DNA from: an uncultured Christensenella sp.
GTDB lineage: Bacteria > Bacillota > Clostridia > Christensenellales > Borkfalkiaceae
Length of the DNA: 64,000 bases
Reading direction: 5' to 3'
Assembly (NCBI GenBank): GCA_910585235.1
Contig: CAJUCM010000003.1
Span: 15,649 to 79,648 of the forward strand
Made by a program: the position numbers and the translations under genes. Positions 15,572-25,300 of the stretch are shown one piece after another. The stretch's first letter is position 1. Each line of letters starts with the position of its first letter. Below the pieces are notes generated by a model. That model saw only the letters and a list, made by a program, of their open reading frames with translations, was not told the DNA's origin and searched no databases.

Positions 15572-15997
15572 ATGAACAAAGTATTCCTGATCGGAAATCT
15601 GACGCGCGACCCCGAACTCACGGAAACCGCGGGCGGCGTGAGCGTATGTCACTTTTCGATTGCCGTAAACAGAAGCTACACTTCCTCTGACGGAGAGAGG
15701 CAGACCGACTTCTTCAACGTGACCGCGTGGAGAGGTCTTGCCGACACCGTTTCGCGTTTCTGCAAAAAAGGCAGTAAAGTGGCGGTTTCGGGAAGCATTC
15801 AGATGCGCACCTACGAGGACAACAGCGGGCAGAAACGCACCGCGGTGGACGTTATTGCGCAGGATGTGGAATTCCTCAGCTCCAAGAGCCAGAACCAGGG
15901 CGACGACTATTTCGACGCGGGCGAAAAACCCGCCGCGTCTCCCCGCAAAAAGCCCGCGTTGCAGGCGTTCGACGACGACGGCGACATCCCCTTTTAA
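15572..15997 (+). CDS. ssb: single-stranded DNA-binding protein
   Basis: OB-fold N-terminus (MNKVFLIGNLTRDPEL...FFNVTAWRGLAD) and an acidic tail ending DDDGDIPF. Confidence 0.95.
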   Translation: MNKVFLIGNLTRDPELTETAGGVSVCHFSIAVNRSYTSSDGERQTDFFNVTAWRGLADTVSRFCKKGSKVAVSGSIQMRTYEDNSGQKRTAVDVIAQDVEFLSSKSQNQGDDYFDAGEKPAASPRKKPALQAFDDDGDIPF

Positions 15998-16030
15998 GCG
16001 GACGCAAAAGTAATTTTCAAGGAGATCATC

Positions 16031-16351
16031 ATGGAAGAGAATCAACAGGAATCCGTAGCGGCGGAGGAAGTGAGCGAAGAAGCGAAAGAGCGCGCTCCCA
16101 AGGAAAACCGCGAAGGAAAACCCGCGAAGAAAAACTATAAAAAGCAGGCGTTCAAAAAGTTCTGCGTGTTCTGTCAGGAAAAATCGACGATTGACTATAA
16201 AGACGTCAACAAGCTCAAACGCTTCATCGCCGACGGCGGAAAAATTCTGCCCCGCCGCATGACCGGCACCTGCGCAAAACACCAGAGAGAAGTTTCTACC
16301 GCGATCAAACGCGCAAGAGTCGCCTCGCTTATTCCTTTCAAAGCGGACTGA
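16031..16351 (+). CDS. rpsR: 30S ribosomal protein S18 with an N-terminal acidic/basic extension
   Basis: [20 protein letters not shown]...[25 protein letters not shown]. Confidence 0.92.
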   Translation: MEENQQESVAAEEVSEEAKERAPKENREGKPAKKNYKKQAFKKFCVFCQEKSTIDYKDVNKLKRFIADGGKILPRRMTGTCAKHQREVSTAIKRARVASLIPFKAD

Positions 16352-16374
16352 ACTTGTAAAAAATCGAATGACTC

Positions 16375-16404
16375 AAAAAACCCTGCAAGAATGCAGGGTT
16401 TTTT
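16375..16404. terminator. bidirectional rho-independent terminator
   Basis: A-run, CCCTGCA-AGAA-TGCAGGG, T-run. Lies between rpsR (+) and the XRE gene (-). Confidence 0.8.
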
Positions 16405-16424
16405 ATGTTCGATAATTTGAAGAA

Positions 16425-16754
16425 CTAATTTGTTAATCCTTTGTTTATGTCGCCGATAATTTCAGAGATGACCTCTTTTTTATTTTTTGGCAGCTTCAAA
16501 AACATATCGATTGTTCGCTTATCGTTTTTATCAAAGATCGGATATTGTTCGATCGTTTCAAACTCGTCGGTTCTGCCCACCAAATAATCGATCGTGCACT
16601 CGAAAATGTTCGCAAGATCTATTAAATCCCGAATGCTCGGTTCGGCTCTGCCTTGTTCCCAGTTGGCAATGGTATAATTTTTCACCCCGATCTTTTGCGC
16701 CAATTCTTGTTGCGTGATAGGCTTTTGTTTGCGTAAGTCGTTTAATCTGAGCAT
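16425..16754 (-). CDS. XRE-family helix-turn-helix transcriptional regulator
   Basis: ITQQELAQKIGVKNYTIANWEQGRAEPSIRDLIDLANIF is a classic Cro/C1 HTH. Confidence 0.85.
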   Translation of the reverse strand: MLRLNDLRKQKPITQQELAQKIGVKNYTIANWEQGRAEPSIRDLIDLANIFECTIDYLVGRTDEFETIEQYPIFDKNDKRTIDMFLKLPKNKKEVISEIIGDINKGLTN

Positions 16755-16775
16755 TTTTTCACCTTAATAAATAAT

Positions 16776-16852
16776 TAGCAGAAATTGCTATAAAAGTCTT
16801 GACATTAGCAATAAATATTGCTATAATATTATTAAGTTAGCAATAATTGCTA
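16776..16852 (+). promoter_or_regulatory. divergent control region: three TAGCA-N5-8-TGCTA palindromes overlapping a consensus promoter
   Basis: Palindromes at 16776-16790, 16806-16823 and 16838-16852. Promoter TTGACA (16799-16804)-17 nt-TATAAT (16822-16827); the middle palindrome fills the spacer. Confidence 0.7.
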
Positions 16853-16892
16853 ATATTTGTTTTATTTATCATTGACCAATGAGGAGAAAATT

Positions 16893-17348
16893 ATGGGAAC
16901 ATGCGAAACCTGCGCTTATTTTTTCAAAGTTGACACCCTTATATTTGATAAATACGGTTGTAAACTTTATAACAGATATGTAAAAAAAGGAGATACTTGC
17001 GCCAACTACACCGCGCGACCCTCCGGCGGAACGGGGTGCTTTCTTACTTCCGCGTGCGTAGATTATTTAGGGAAAGCCGACGATTGCGAAGAACTTACCC
17101 TTCTGCGCTCGTTCCGCGATCATTATATGCGCTCTACCGAGAACGGCAATGCTCTCGTTGATGAATATTATGAGATTGCGCCGACGCTTGTCGATAAAAT
17201 AAATGCATCGACCGAAAAGGACAAATACTATTCTTATATTTATTCGGTAATTGAAAAATGCGTAGATTTGATCAAACAGGGTAAAAATCAGGAAACTCTT
17301 TCCGAGTATAAAAAAATGGTAATGACTCTGAAAGAACAGATTATTTAA
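16893..17348 (+). CDS. hypothetical Cys-rich protein
   Basis: SD GAGGAG lies 6 nt before the ATG (the track ORF starts at an upstream TTG). CETCAYF...C..Y.....C, then GCFLTSACVDYLGKADDCEELTLLRSFRDHYM..S..G..LVDEYYEIAP. I recognise that motif from unrelated proteins but cannot name it. Confidence 0.6.
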   Translation: MGTCETCAYFFKVDTLIFDKYGCKLYNRYVKKGDTCANYTARPSGGTGCFLTSACVDYLGKADDCEELTLLRSFRDHYMRSTENGNALVDEYYEIAPTLVDKINASTEKDKYYSYIYSVIEKCVDLIKQGKNQETLSEYKKMVMTLKEQII

Positions 17349-17394
17349 TGACGCAGACTAAAAAAAATTTTTACAAAACTTATCTGCAAAATAC

Positions 17395-17428
17395 AAAAAA
17401 GACCTTGTATGAAACAAGGTCTTTTTTT
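17395..17428 (+). terminator. rho-independent terminator
   Basis: GACCTTG-TATGAAA-CAAGGTC followed by T7. Confidence 0.8.
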
Positions 17429-17562
17429 ATTCAAATCCGAACTTCTAAAAATCCGTTGCGTCACTTCGAGCGCCGAATTACAAAATTCCCTCCCGTTTGC
17501 GAGCATTCGACGCGATTCGACAAAAGTAGTGCTTTTTCAACAATAACTCCCCTTTTCAAACG

Positions 17563-17591
17563 TTGCAAGTTTCATGAACGCAAGTTATAAT
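17563..17591 (+). promoter_or_regulatory. sigma-A type promoter for the 64-aa ORF
   Basis: TTGCAA-17 nt-TATAAT, about 40 nt upstream of the SD GGAGGA and ATG. Confidence 0.55.
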
Positions 17592-17630
17592 ATAGGTACA
17601 TTCGATCGAAACACGTAGAGGAGGAAAGAG

Positions 17631-17825
17631 ATGAACTGCGAACTTACTAAGACCTATGACGAACTTGCCGAACAGGAACCTCCGATCGGGGCGGAGAGTC
17701 TTTTAATCGAACTGCTGCCCCTTATGGAAGAATTTTTTATCGGCGATATTTCCATAAACGATCATACGATTCTGTACCGTATGCCGAACGGACAGCAATT
17801 CAGAATCGTAGCGCAAAAAGCATGA
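17631..17825 (+). CDS. hypothetical small acidic protein (64 aa)
   Basis: Good SD (GAGGAGGAAAGAG ATG), its own promoter and a terminator hairpin. No motif recognised. Confidence 0.5.
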   Translation: MNCELTKTYDELAEQEPPIGAESLLIELLPLMEEFFIGDISINDHTILYRMPNGQQFRIVAQKA

Positions 17826-17836
17826 ACAATAACGAA

Positions 17837-17863
17837 GAGCCGACGGGGAATCCCCGTCGGCTC
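17837..17863. terminator. GC-rich hairpin between convergent genes (weak U-tract)
   Basis: 12-bp stem GAGCCGACGGGG/CCCCGTCGGCTC with a 3-nt loop, followed by ATTTGCATTTT. Confidence 0.55.
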
Positions 17864-17885
17864 ATTTGCATTTTAGTTAAAAAAT

Positions 17886-19205
17886 TCACTCGCCGAAAAA
17901 TTCGCGATAGACTGCGCGGACGGTGCGTTCGTAATCCTCGCTATCTACCCCCACGATGATATTCAGCTCCGACGAGCCCTGGTCGATCATTCTGACGTTC
18001 ACGCCCGAAGCCGCGATCGCGGAAAACAGCCTGGCGCTCGTACCGACGTTTCTGCTCATTCCGTGACCGACGACCGCAAGCAGGGCAATATCGTCGAACA
18101 CGCGCAGATGATCGGGATGCACCGCCTCCTTAATGTCGGCGCAGAGCCGATCGAGAATACCGCCCCCCAAAAGAGAACTGTCGATGATAAACGACATCGT
18201 ATCGATTCCGGACGGCATGTGTTCAAACGAAACGTTGTACTTCAAAAGCACGGAAAGCACGCGGTGCGTAAAGCCGATCTCCGCATTCATGAGCGATTTT
18301 TCGAGATAGATGACGGTAAAGTGCCGTCTGCCCGCAATGCCCGTGACCGTCTTGCCCGTAAAACGGTACTTCTCCACGGGGAGAATATCCGTGCCCTCGT
18401 CTTCGGGACGGAACGTATTTTTGATCCTGATAGGAATATTCGCTTCGCGGACGGGAAAAATGGACTCGCTATGTAAGACGTTCGCGCCCATGTAGGAGAG
18501 TTCCCTCAGTTCCTGATAGGAAAGCGCGGGGATCCTCGCGGGATTATCGACGATCCTCGGATCGCAGGCAAGAAATCCGCTCACGTCCGTCCAGTTTTCG
18601 TAAAGGTCCGCTCCCGCCGCGCGCGCCACGATCGCACCCGAAACGTCGCTCCCGCCGCGCGAAAAGGTCTTGATTTTGCCGTTCGGATAGGCTCCGTAAA
18701 AGCCCGAAACGACCGCGCGCTTTTTTCCTTTGAGCGCATCCTTGACGAGCGCGAAGGTCTTTTCCGCGTCCAATCTTCCGTCCTCGAAAAATCTGACCGT
18801 GTCCCTCGCGTCGATGAACGGCGCTTTCAGAAGTTCCGCCATCACCCGCGCCGAGAGATACTCCCCGCGGGACGCCGTAAAGTCGCGGTCTCTCTCCGCC
18901 TCGATCTCCCTTTCGCATTCGTCGAGAACGGCGCCGATATCAAACGTCAGACCGATCTCGCGCGCGATCCCGATAAAGCGGTCGCGCACCTTCGTGAACG
19001 CGGAATGGAAGTTCCCGCCCTCTTCGAGCGCGGTGTGCGCATCGTACAGAAGATCGGTCACCTTATTGTCGTTCCCGAACCGCTTCCCCGGCGCGGACAC
19101 GACGACGAAACGGCGGTCGGGATCGCCGTTGACGATTTCCGCCACACGCCTAAAATTCATGCCGTCCGACATGGAAGTTCCGCCGAACTTACAAACTTTA
19201 ATCAT
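17886..19205 (-). CDS. aspartate kinase
   Basis: MIKVCKFGGTSM N-terminus, kinase core and C-terminal ACT-like region (LLAVVGHGM...VNVRMIDQGSSELNI). Start set at the internal ATG; the upstream part of the track ORF overlaps the preceding gene. Confidence 0.88.
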   Translation of the reverse strand: MIKVCKFGGTSMSDGMNFRRVAEIVNGDPDRRFVVVSAPGKRFGNDNKVTDLLYDAHTALEEGGNFHSAFTKVRDRFIGIAREIGLTFDIGAVLDECEREIEAERDRDFTASRGEYLSARVMAELLKAPFIDARDTVRFFEDGRLDAEKTFALVKDALKGKKRAVVSGFYGAYPNGKIKTFSRGGSDVSGAIVARAAGADLYENWTDVSGFLACDPRIVDNPARIPALSYQELRELSYMGANVLHSESIFPVREANIPIRIKNTFRPEDEGTDILPVEKYRFTGKTVTGIAGRRHFTVIYLEKSLMNAEIGFTHRVLSVLLKYNVSFEHMPSGIDTMSFIIDSSLLGGGILDRLCADIKEAVHPDHLRVFDDIALLAVVGHGMSRNVGTSARLFSAIAASGVNVRMIDQGSSELNIIVGVDSEDYERTVRAVYREFFGE

Positions 19206-20352
19206 AGCTGATCTCCCTTGCCTCGATATAGTACCGCGCGCCGTCCGCTCCGCCGATACATACGGAATACGCGGGGAAAAGTCCACCGTCTCTGATTTCT
19301 TTCAAAAACGTCTCCTTTTTCGGACGGGGCATTACGACGCCCGCGCAGCCCTCTTCCGCAGCAAACTTTTTCAGGCGATCCTCGCCATAGATATATTCCG
19401 CTCTTCCGCCGTCCGCCCTCAGAAATTCCCCGATCGCTTCATCGACCGTACGGACGCTCTCTCTGCCGAACGGGATCTTCAAAGTAAGACAGTTGCCCTT
19501 TCTCTCGCACTTGAATTTTTTTGCAAAGAAATCGCAGAACGCCTCGGCTTCCGTCTCTTTTACGAGTCTGTGCACGGGTTGAAGATCCACCGCGCCGTCG
19601 CTGAGATTGACAAACTCGGCGAGCATGAAGCGCGCGGGGTGCCGACCCATCTGCCCTTTGGAAATTCCCGCCTTAACCTTTTGCCAATGCAGTTTAGCGG
19701 CTTCCGCCGCGGCGACCCCTTCCACGACGTAAAAATTCTGTGCCCTCGACAAGAGCAGGTTCGCGGTATCCTCCGCGATCTCCTCGGTCAGAAAATATCC
19801 CTTGACCGCGCCGCCCGCGACCGGATAATCGTACAGTTCTTCCAAATCCTCTTTCAGAAGAAAATTCACCGCTCTGTCTTTGGGATCGTCGTATAAAACC
19901 ATGATATGCGGCATTTCGATCGGAACGTTTGCCCGCTGAGAGAGATAGTGGCGGACGAGTTCTTCGGGCGCGCCCTGCAAGGAACGCACCTGCCCCTCTT
20001 CCCCGCCGTAGGAGAAGCATTCAAGATCGATCGCCCCCACGATCCCGCGGCGTATTCCCATAGGAGTTCTGCGTTCCGTCAAAACCCAGCCGCGCACGAG
20101 TTTTTCAAGATAGTCGTTTTCGAGCGCCGCATACGCCTCTTCGCGCATACGGAGAATTTCCTCCTCGTCGTTCTCGCCGAGGCGGGCTTCGGGCAAAATA
20201 AAATCGAGCGCGGAGGGTTCAGCCCCGCGCGAAGCGGTCTCGCTTTCCCAATAACTGCGCTCGTTCCGATAGCGGTCGCAAGCGATCGCACACCAATTCT
20301 TCCGCTCCTTCCCAGGGACGAGAATGCGCGGAATATAAAAACAGTTTTTCAT
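19198..20352 (-). CDS. DUF1015-like conserved hypothetical protein
   Basis: The layout recalls DUF1015 (RRGIVGAIDLE.F, IMVLYDDP, PVHRLV, MPRPKKETFL). Assignment is from memory of family motifs only. Confidence 0.45.
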   Translation of the reverse strand: MKNCFYIPRILVPGKERKNWCAIACDRYRNERSYWESETASRGAEPSALDFILPEARLGENDEEEILRMREEAYAALENDYLEKLVRGWVLTERRTPMGIRRGIVGAIDLECFSYGGEEGQVRSLQGAPEELVRHYLSQRANVPIEMPHIMVLYDDPKDRAVNFLLKEDLEELYDYPVAGGAVKGYFLTEEIAEDTANLLLSRAQNFYVVEGVAAAEAAKLHWQKVKAGISKGQMGRHPARFMLAEFVNLSDGAVDLQPVHRLVKETEAEAFCDFFAKKFKCERKGNCLTLKIPFGRESVRTVDEAIGEFLRADGGRAEYIYGEDRLKKFAAEEGCAGVVMPRPKKETFLKEIRDGGLFPAYSVCIGGADGARYYIEAREISYD

Positions 20353-20459
20353 GCCGCGGCACCGAGTACGATGCTGATGATAAACGCAAATCCGATGGCG
20401 ATCAGTTTCAGGGTGATATTCTTCGTAAATAAATTCTTCATGAATTCTTTGAATTTCAT
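20349..20459 (-). CDS. 36-aa single-TM mini-protein resembling only the N-terminal anchor of CdaR/YbbR
   Basis: MKFKEFMKNLFTKNITLKLIAIGFAFIISIVLGAAA. Starts 11 nt after the cdaA stop and ends in an ATGA overlap with the next gene. Below the ORF-track cut-off. Confidence 0.45.
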   Translation of the reverse strand: MKFKEFMKNLFTKNITLKLIAIGFAFIISIVLGAAA

Positions 20460-20469
20460 TGTTCTGTCC

Positions 20470-21309
20470 TCACTTCTTCTCGGCGTTGAATTCTTTCCAG
20501 TAGTAGTCGCGCAGGAACCGTTTCAGGCTCTCGGAATCCACATAGCGGGTAATGTCCCCGCGGCGGACGACGGAGACGATCCCCGTCTCCTCCGAAACGA
20601 TGATCGTGGAGACGTCGGCGACCTCGGTGACGCCGATCCCCGCGCGGTGGCGCGTGCCGTAGTCCTTGGGGAAGTCCCTCTGCGTCAGGGGCAGGAAGCA
20701 ACCCGCCGTCTGGATCCTGTCGCCGTAGATGATCATGGCGCCGTCGTGCAGGGGCGCTTTGGGAATAAAGATCCCTTCGATCAGCTGGTTGGAAATTTTC
20801 GCATTGAGGGAAACACCGCTCTCGACGATCTCCTTGGGGAGATTCCCGTTCGAGAGAACGATCAGCGCCCCGATATTGTTTTTAGAGAGGTTCTGAACCG
20901 CCTTTACGATTCCCGAAATGCACTCGTCCGCGCGGATACCCGCTCCCGACTTGGACTTTGCCGCCGACTCTTTCGCAGGCGACTGGATCCGCGGTCCCTT
21001 ATAGATTCCGCGCTTGATCTCGATACTGAACAGCAACAGAAAGAACATGGATATGATCGTGATAAACAGAAAATATCCGCTCGCCGTAAATCCATCGTGG
21101 AAAAGCGCCAAAACGCCCCCCGCGATCACCAAAAAGTTATACGCAAAAATCAAACGCCCCGCATTGTTCTCCTGCAAGGTCTTGAACACCCAGTAGAACA
21201 TAACGACGAGCATGAGAAATTCGCAGACGAAAGTCCAGTGAAATTCCGTAAAAACTTTCGCGATATTATTCCAGACGTCGCCCGCCTCCACAAAACACAA
21301 ACCGTTCAT
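20470..21309 (-). CDS. cdaA: diadenylate cyclase (membrane-bound, CdaA type)
   Basis: Three N-terminal TM helices plus a DAC domain (GALIVL, PLHDGAMII, GTRHRAGIGVTE, IIVSEETG). Confidence 0.92.
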   Translation of the reverse strand: MNGLCFVEAGDVWNNIAKVFTEFHWTFVCEFLMLVVMFYWVFKTLQENNAGRLIFAYNFLVIAGGVLALFHDGFTASGYFLFITIISMFFLLLFSIEIKRGIYKGPRIQSPAKESAAKSKSGAGIRADECISGIVKAVQNLSKNNIGALIVLSNGNLPKEIVESGVSLNAKISNQLIEGIFIPKAPLHDGAMIIYGDRIQTAGCFLPLTQRDFPKDYGTRHRAGIGVTEVADVSTIIVSEETGIVSVVRRGDITRYVDSESLKRFLRDYYWKEFNAEKK

Positions 21310-21357
21310 TTTCTTCCTCTTGTAATTATTATAACGGATTCCCCCGAAAAATTCAAT

Positions 21358-22353
21358 TTATTTCTCAGCTCCGCCGAAAAAAATTTTTGCAACCGCAAGA
21401 TAAAGCGCGCCCTGCTTGAAAAATTTTCCGCTTTTCGCGCCCGAAGAGAGCGCATAGAGTTCTTCATAGAGTCCGCGCACCCGCTCCGCGCCCAGCCGCC
21501 GCGCCGCCTCCCTGTTCTTTTTGACGGCGTAGGGATTCTGGGACAGCGTCTTTGCGATCTCCTCGTCACTCCCCCGAAGATTCGAGATCGCCGTCAGCGT
21601 TTCAAAATGGGAAACGAGCGAGGACAACAGCGCGTGCTCGTCGAATCCCTTTTTCATAAGATCGTCCATGATCTCCTGAAACTTTGCAAAGTTCCCGCGG
21701 GATGCCGCCTGCGTCATCTCATAAATTTTATATTCCGCATCCTTTGCGACGTACGCTTCGACGTGTTCCCGCGAAACGCGCGCCCCCTCGCCTAAGAGCG
21801 CGGAGAGCTTTTCCGTCTCCGCTTTCATACGGCTCGCGTCGCGGGCGCAGAAGCGCACCATCAGCGCGCAGGCGTCCGCATCGGGCGCAAGCCCCGACTT
21901 CCGCATGAGCGCAAACAGCCAGCGCGAAAGCGTCTCCTCGTCCTCTCTTCCGCAGTCCACATAGACGAGCCCCTTTTTCTTTTTCAGTTCCGCCGTATTC
22001 GCCTTTTTTCCCTCGTTCACGATGAGAAGCACGGTGGAAAGACAGGGCTTTTCAAGATAGGGTGCGACGATGTTCTCCCAATCCCGTTCGGTAGGAAAAA
22101 ACCCGTACGCCCTGACGATCCGTTTTTCGTCGAAAAAGGGCAGGGTATATAGCTCGTCGCGGAAAGAAAGCAGTTTGTCGCCTTTGAGCGTCTCCCCCTC
22201 GTATCTTACGTTATTCAGAAGGGGTTGCGTGATACCGACCGCCTGCGAAACCGCTTTGACCGCCGCGTCGCGGAAATACGCCTCCTCGCCCTCGATGAGA
22301 TAGGCGGGAGCGACGGACTCTTTTAACGATTTTGCAAGCTGGGTAAATTTCAT
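21358..22353 (-). CDS. holA: DNA polymerase III delta subunit
   Basis: About 330 aa. YLIEGEEAYF N-terminus and overall delta-subunit pattern. Confidence 0.8.
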   Translation of the reverse strand: MKFTQLAKSLKESVAPAYLIEGEEAYFRDAAVKAVSQAVGITQPLLNNVRYEGETLKGDKLLSFRDELYTLPFFDEKRIVRAYGFFPTERDWENIVAPYLEKPCLSTVLLIVNEGKKANTAELKKKKGLVYVDCGREDEETLSRWLFALMRKSGLAPDADACALMVRFCARDASRMKAETEKLSALLGEGARVSREHVEAYVAKDAEYKIYEMTQAASRGNFAKFQEIMDDLMKKGFDEHALLSSLVSHFETLTAISNLRGSDEEIAKTLSQNPYAVKKNREAARRLGAERVRGLYEELYALSSGAKSGKFFKQGALYLAVAKIFFGGAEK

Positions 22354-22392
22354 GCCCCTATTATAGCATTGTTTTTTTTGTTTTGCAATACT

Positions 22393-25300
22393 TTACGCAA
22401 GCGAAATTCGCCCCGAAACGGAACGGCGGAACATTCCCCTGTCCTCCCCGTAGGATAGCGAACGCGAAACAAATTCGGCAAACCCGTCCGTCGCCTTTAC
22501 TCTGTATTCCGCCGCCACGAGCGCCGTCAGTTCGTCGTCGTACAATGTCACCTTTGTGCCGAGAATACATCGGATGAGCGCGGCGGTCTCGAACGGCGTA
22601 AAATCCTCCTCCGTCCTGCGGCGCTGGTTTCTGCCCTCCCGCCGAAATTTTACGGGCAAAACCGCATTGGGATTTTTATAGAAATACTCCGTTCCGCCCA
22701 CCTTTTCCACGGAGAAATTCAAGCGGGAGATCATTCCGTCGAGACGCGCCCCGACGCCCGCCCCCGCCTTGACGATCCCGAAACTTTCGAGACACCGCTT
22801 TTTCAGAAAGGCGCGGGAGATCGGCTCCTCCGTTGCAACGATCGCGCAAAGGCGCCCGCAAATTTCGTTTTCGTTTCCCGCGTCCGTGACGAACGCCGCC
22901 GTCTTGCCGCCCGTATCCCGAACGTGGCGGTAGGGTTTGCGGCAACGCGTCATCTCGTCCTCCTCCTTGGCGCCCGTCAGCCGGTCGAGACAGTCTTTGA
23001 TCCTCTTTATTTCGCGCTTGGGATTGTTGAAATAGGCGACCTCGCTCACCGAGAGCAGATTCCAGCCCCCGCGTTTGAGCATTGCGGGCAGAAGTGCGGC
23101 TCTGTCCGCCGCCGAACTGTTTTTGGATCCGTCCGAAAGGATCCCCAAAATATAACGGCTTTTGTCGTTGGGATCGAGGACTGCGACCTCGATTTTGAAA
23201 TTGCCCGCACCCACGCCCGCACGGCACTCGTAACCGTAGGCGCGAAGTTCTTCCGCAAGATACGTTCCGATCCCCCCGTTTCCCCCCTCCCGTGCGGGAA
23301 GCGCCACCGCCGCGCGTCCCTTTTCGGCAAATTCCAAAAACGCCTTCAATCCCCTGACGCCCTTCGAGGAAGTGCGGTTTTGATCGATCTCCGAAGCCGA
23401 GATCGAAGAGAATACGATCATCTCTTCCCGCGCGCGGGAGCATGCCACGTTGAGCCTGCGCCACCCACCCGCGCGGTTGAGCGCGCCGAAGTTGTAGGAT
23501 AGTTTCCCCTCTCCGTCCCGCCCGTAGCATACGGAAAATAGAATGACGTCTCTCTCGTCCCCCTGCACGTTTTCAAGATTCTTGACAAACAACTGTTCCC
23601 GCCCGCCGTAGGCGGCTTCTTCGAGGGAATGCTTAGCAATCTCCCGCGAAAGGATTTTTTCGATCTCCTCCCGCTGAACTTCCGAAAAGGTCACCACGCC
23701 GATACTGCTCTTTCCGCGCTCTTTGTCCTGCAAGCGTTCCACGACTTCGCGGACGAGCGCTTCCGCCTCTTTCCGGTTGCGCTTGGTGTTCCCCCTGTCA
23801 TATACGCCCCCGACGTTTCTGAGCGTTACCCTGCTCTCCGCGGCAACGGGAGAGGGAAAGGTATTGAGGCGGTTCTCGTAATAGGTCGCGTTGGAAAACG
23901 CGATCAGACTTTCGTGACGGCTCCGGTAGTGCCACAGGAGACTGCGCTCTTCAAACCCTGCGGCAAGCGCCTCGTCCAGCACGCTTTCAAGCGTCTCCTC
24001 CTCTTCCTCCTCTCCCGAAAAAGCCGTGCGGAAAAAGGAAGTCGGCGGGAGCTGGCGGTTATCCCCCACGATGACTGCCTGCTTTGCGCGGGCGAGCGCA
24101 GGGATCGCCTCCGCCGTCGTCATCTGCGACGCCTCGTCGAATATGACGAGATCGTATTCCCCCGCGTCCGCTTTCAGATACTGCGCCGCCGCATCGGGGC
24201 TCATCAGAATGCAGGGGCAGAGCCTCTTGACAAGCGCGGACGCGTTGAGAAGAAGCGAACGCAGTCTCCCCCGCTTCGCGCTCTTACTCAGGCGGAAGAG
24301 GAGCGCGCGCTCCTCGCGCAGTTCCCCGCTTTTCGGCAATCTTTCCGCAAGCGAGGAGATCAGTCTCTTCCGCGCAAACTCCGTTTCCTTTGCGTGCAAC
24401 AGCGTAAATTTTTCCGCCGCGCTCTCCTCCGCTCCGCTCGTCATGCGCGCAAGACGGGGATCGGCGGAAATGTTTTCGGACAGAAAATATTCCAAAAGAC
24501 TTTTTTCAAAACCGCCCAGCGCGTCCGCAGGGGAGAGCGATCCGTTTTCAAGCGCTTCGCCGACAAACTTCATCCCCTGTAAACAGAGCTTTTCCTCCGC
24601 GGCTTTGTAGGCGCAACGCCCGCCCAAAAAGTCGGCGTTATCGAGAAGCGCGGAGGCTTTTGCCGAACAGTAGCCTAAAATATCTTCCCCCTTCATGCGC
24701 TCCCGCTTTGCCCGCGTTGCGGAAATATACGTTTCTTTCGCCTGAAAGAATCCCTTCGCCGCCGCCAGAAACCCCTCGAAGAGGGGCGCCGCCGCGCCGT
24801 TCTCCGCACGGATACAGCCCTCGAAAAACCGTTCGGGGGACCATTCGGAAAAAACCGAAGCGCAGGCGGAAGAAAGTTCTTTCAGCGGAGCAAGAAACGC
24901 TTCCCGCTTTTTCTCGGAGATACGCCCGCGGTCGGTAAAACAAGCCGAGAGGCGGCAGGCAAGGATCTGCTTCCGCGCCTCGTAAATGCCGACCGCCGCG
25001 CCGATATACCGCGGCATATCCTTTTCCGAAAGCGGATGAAGGGCGGCGCGGGCGAGCCTCTTTTTTATTCCGGTCACGGCGCGGTTCTCCCGTCCGCCGA
25101 CCGCAAGCCACTCTTTCAGTTCATCAAGATCGCTTTCGGGATTCACGAGCAGATCGAAATGCTTTCGGTAAAACGCCATTTCGCCGTCAAGGCGCAGATT
25201 CGCGCTTCTGAACGCAAAAAACTCTTCCGCCGACACGTCCCTGAAAAATGCGTATTTTTCCGTGAGAAGTCCCCTTACGATCCCGCAGAGCGCGTTTGCC

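Noticed and set aside
17348-17590. 80-aa plus-strand ORF.
   Set aside because: It runs straight through a strong rho-independent terminator (17395-17428) and the next promoter. It has no SD and is most likely non-coding.
19906-21795. 629-aa plus-strand ORF spanning the DUF1015-like, cdaA and holA regions.
   Set aside because: It crosses three well-supported minus-strand genes and their intergenic regions. Its composition is that of an antisense shadow frame.
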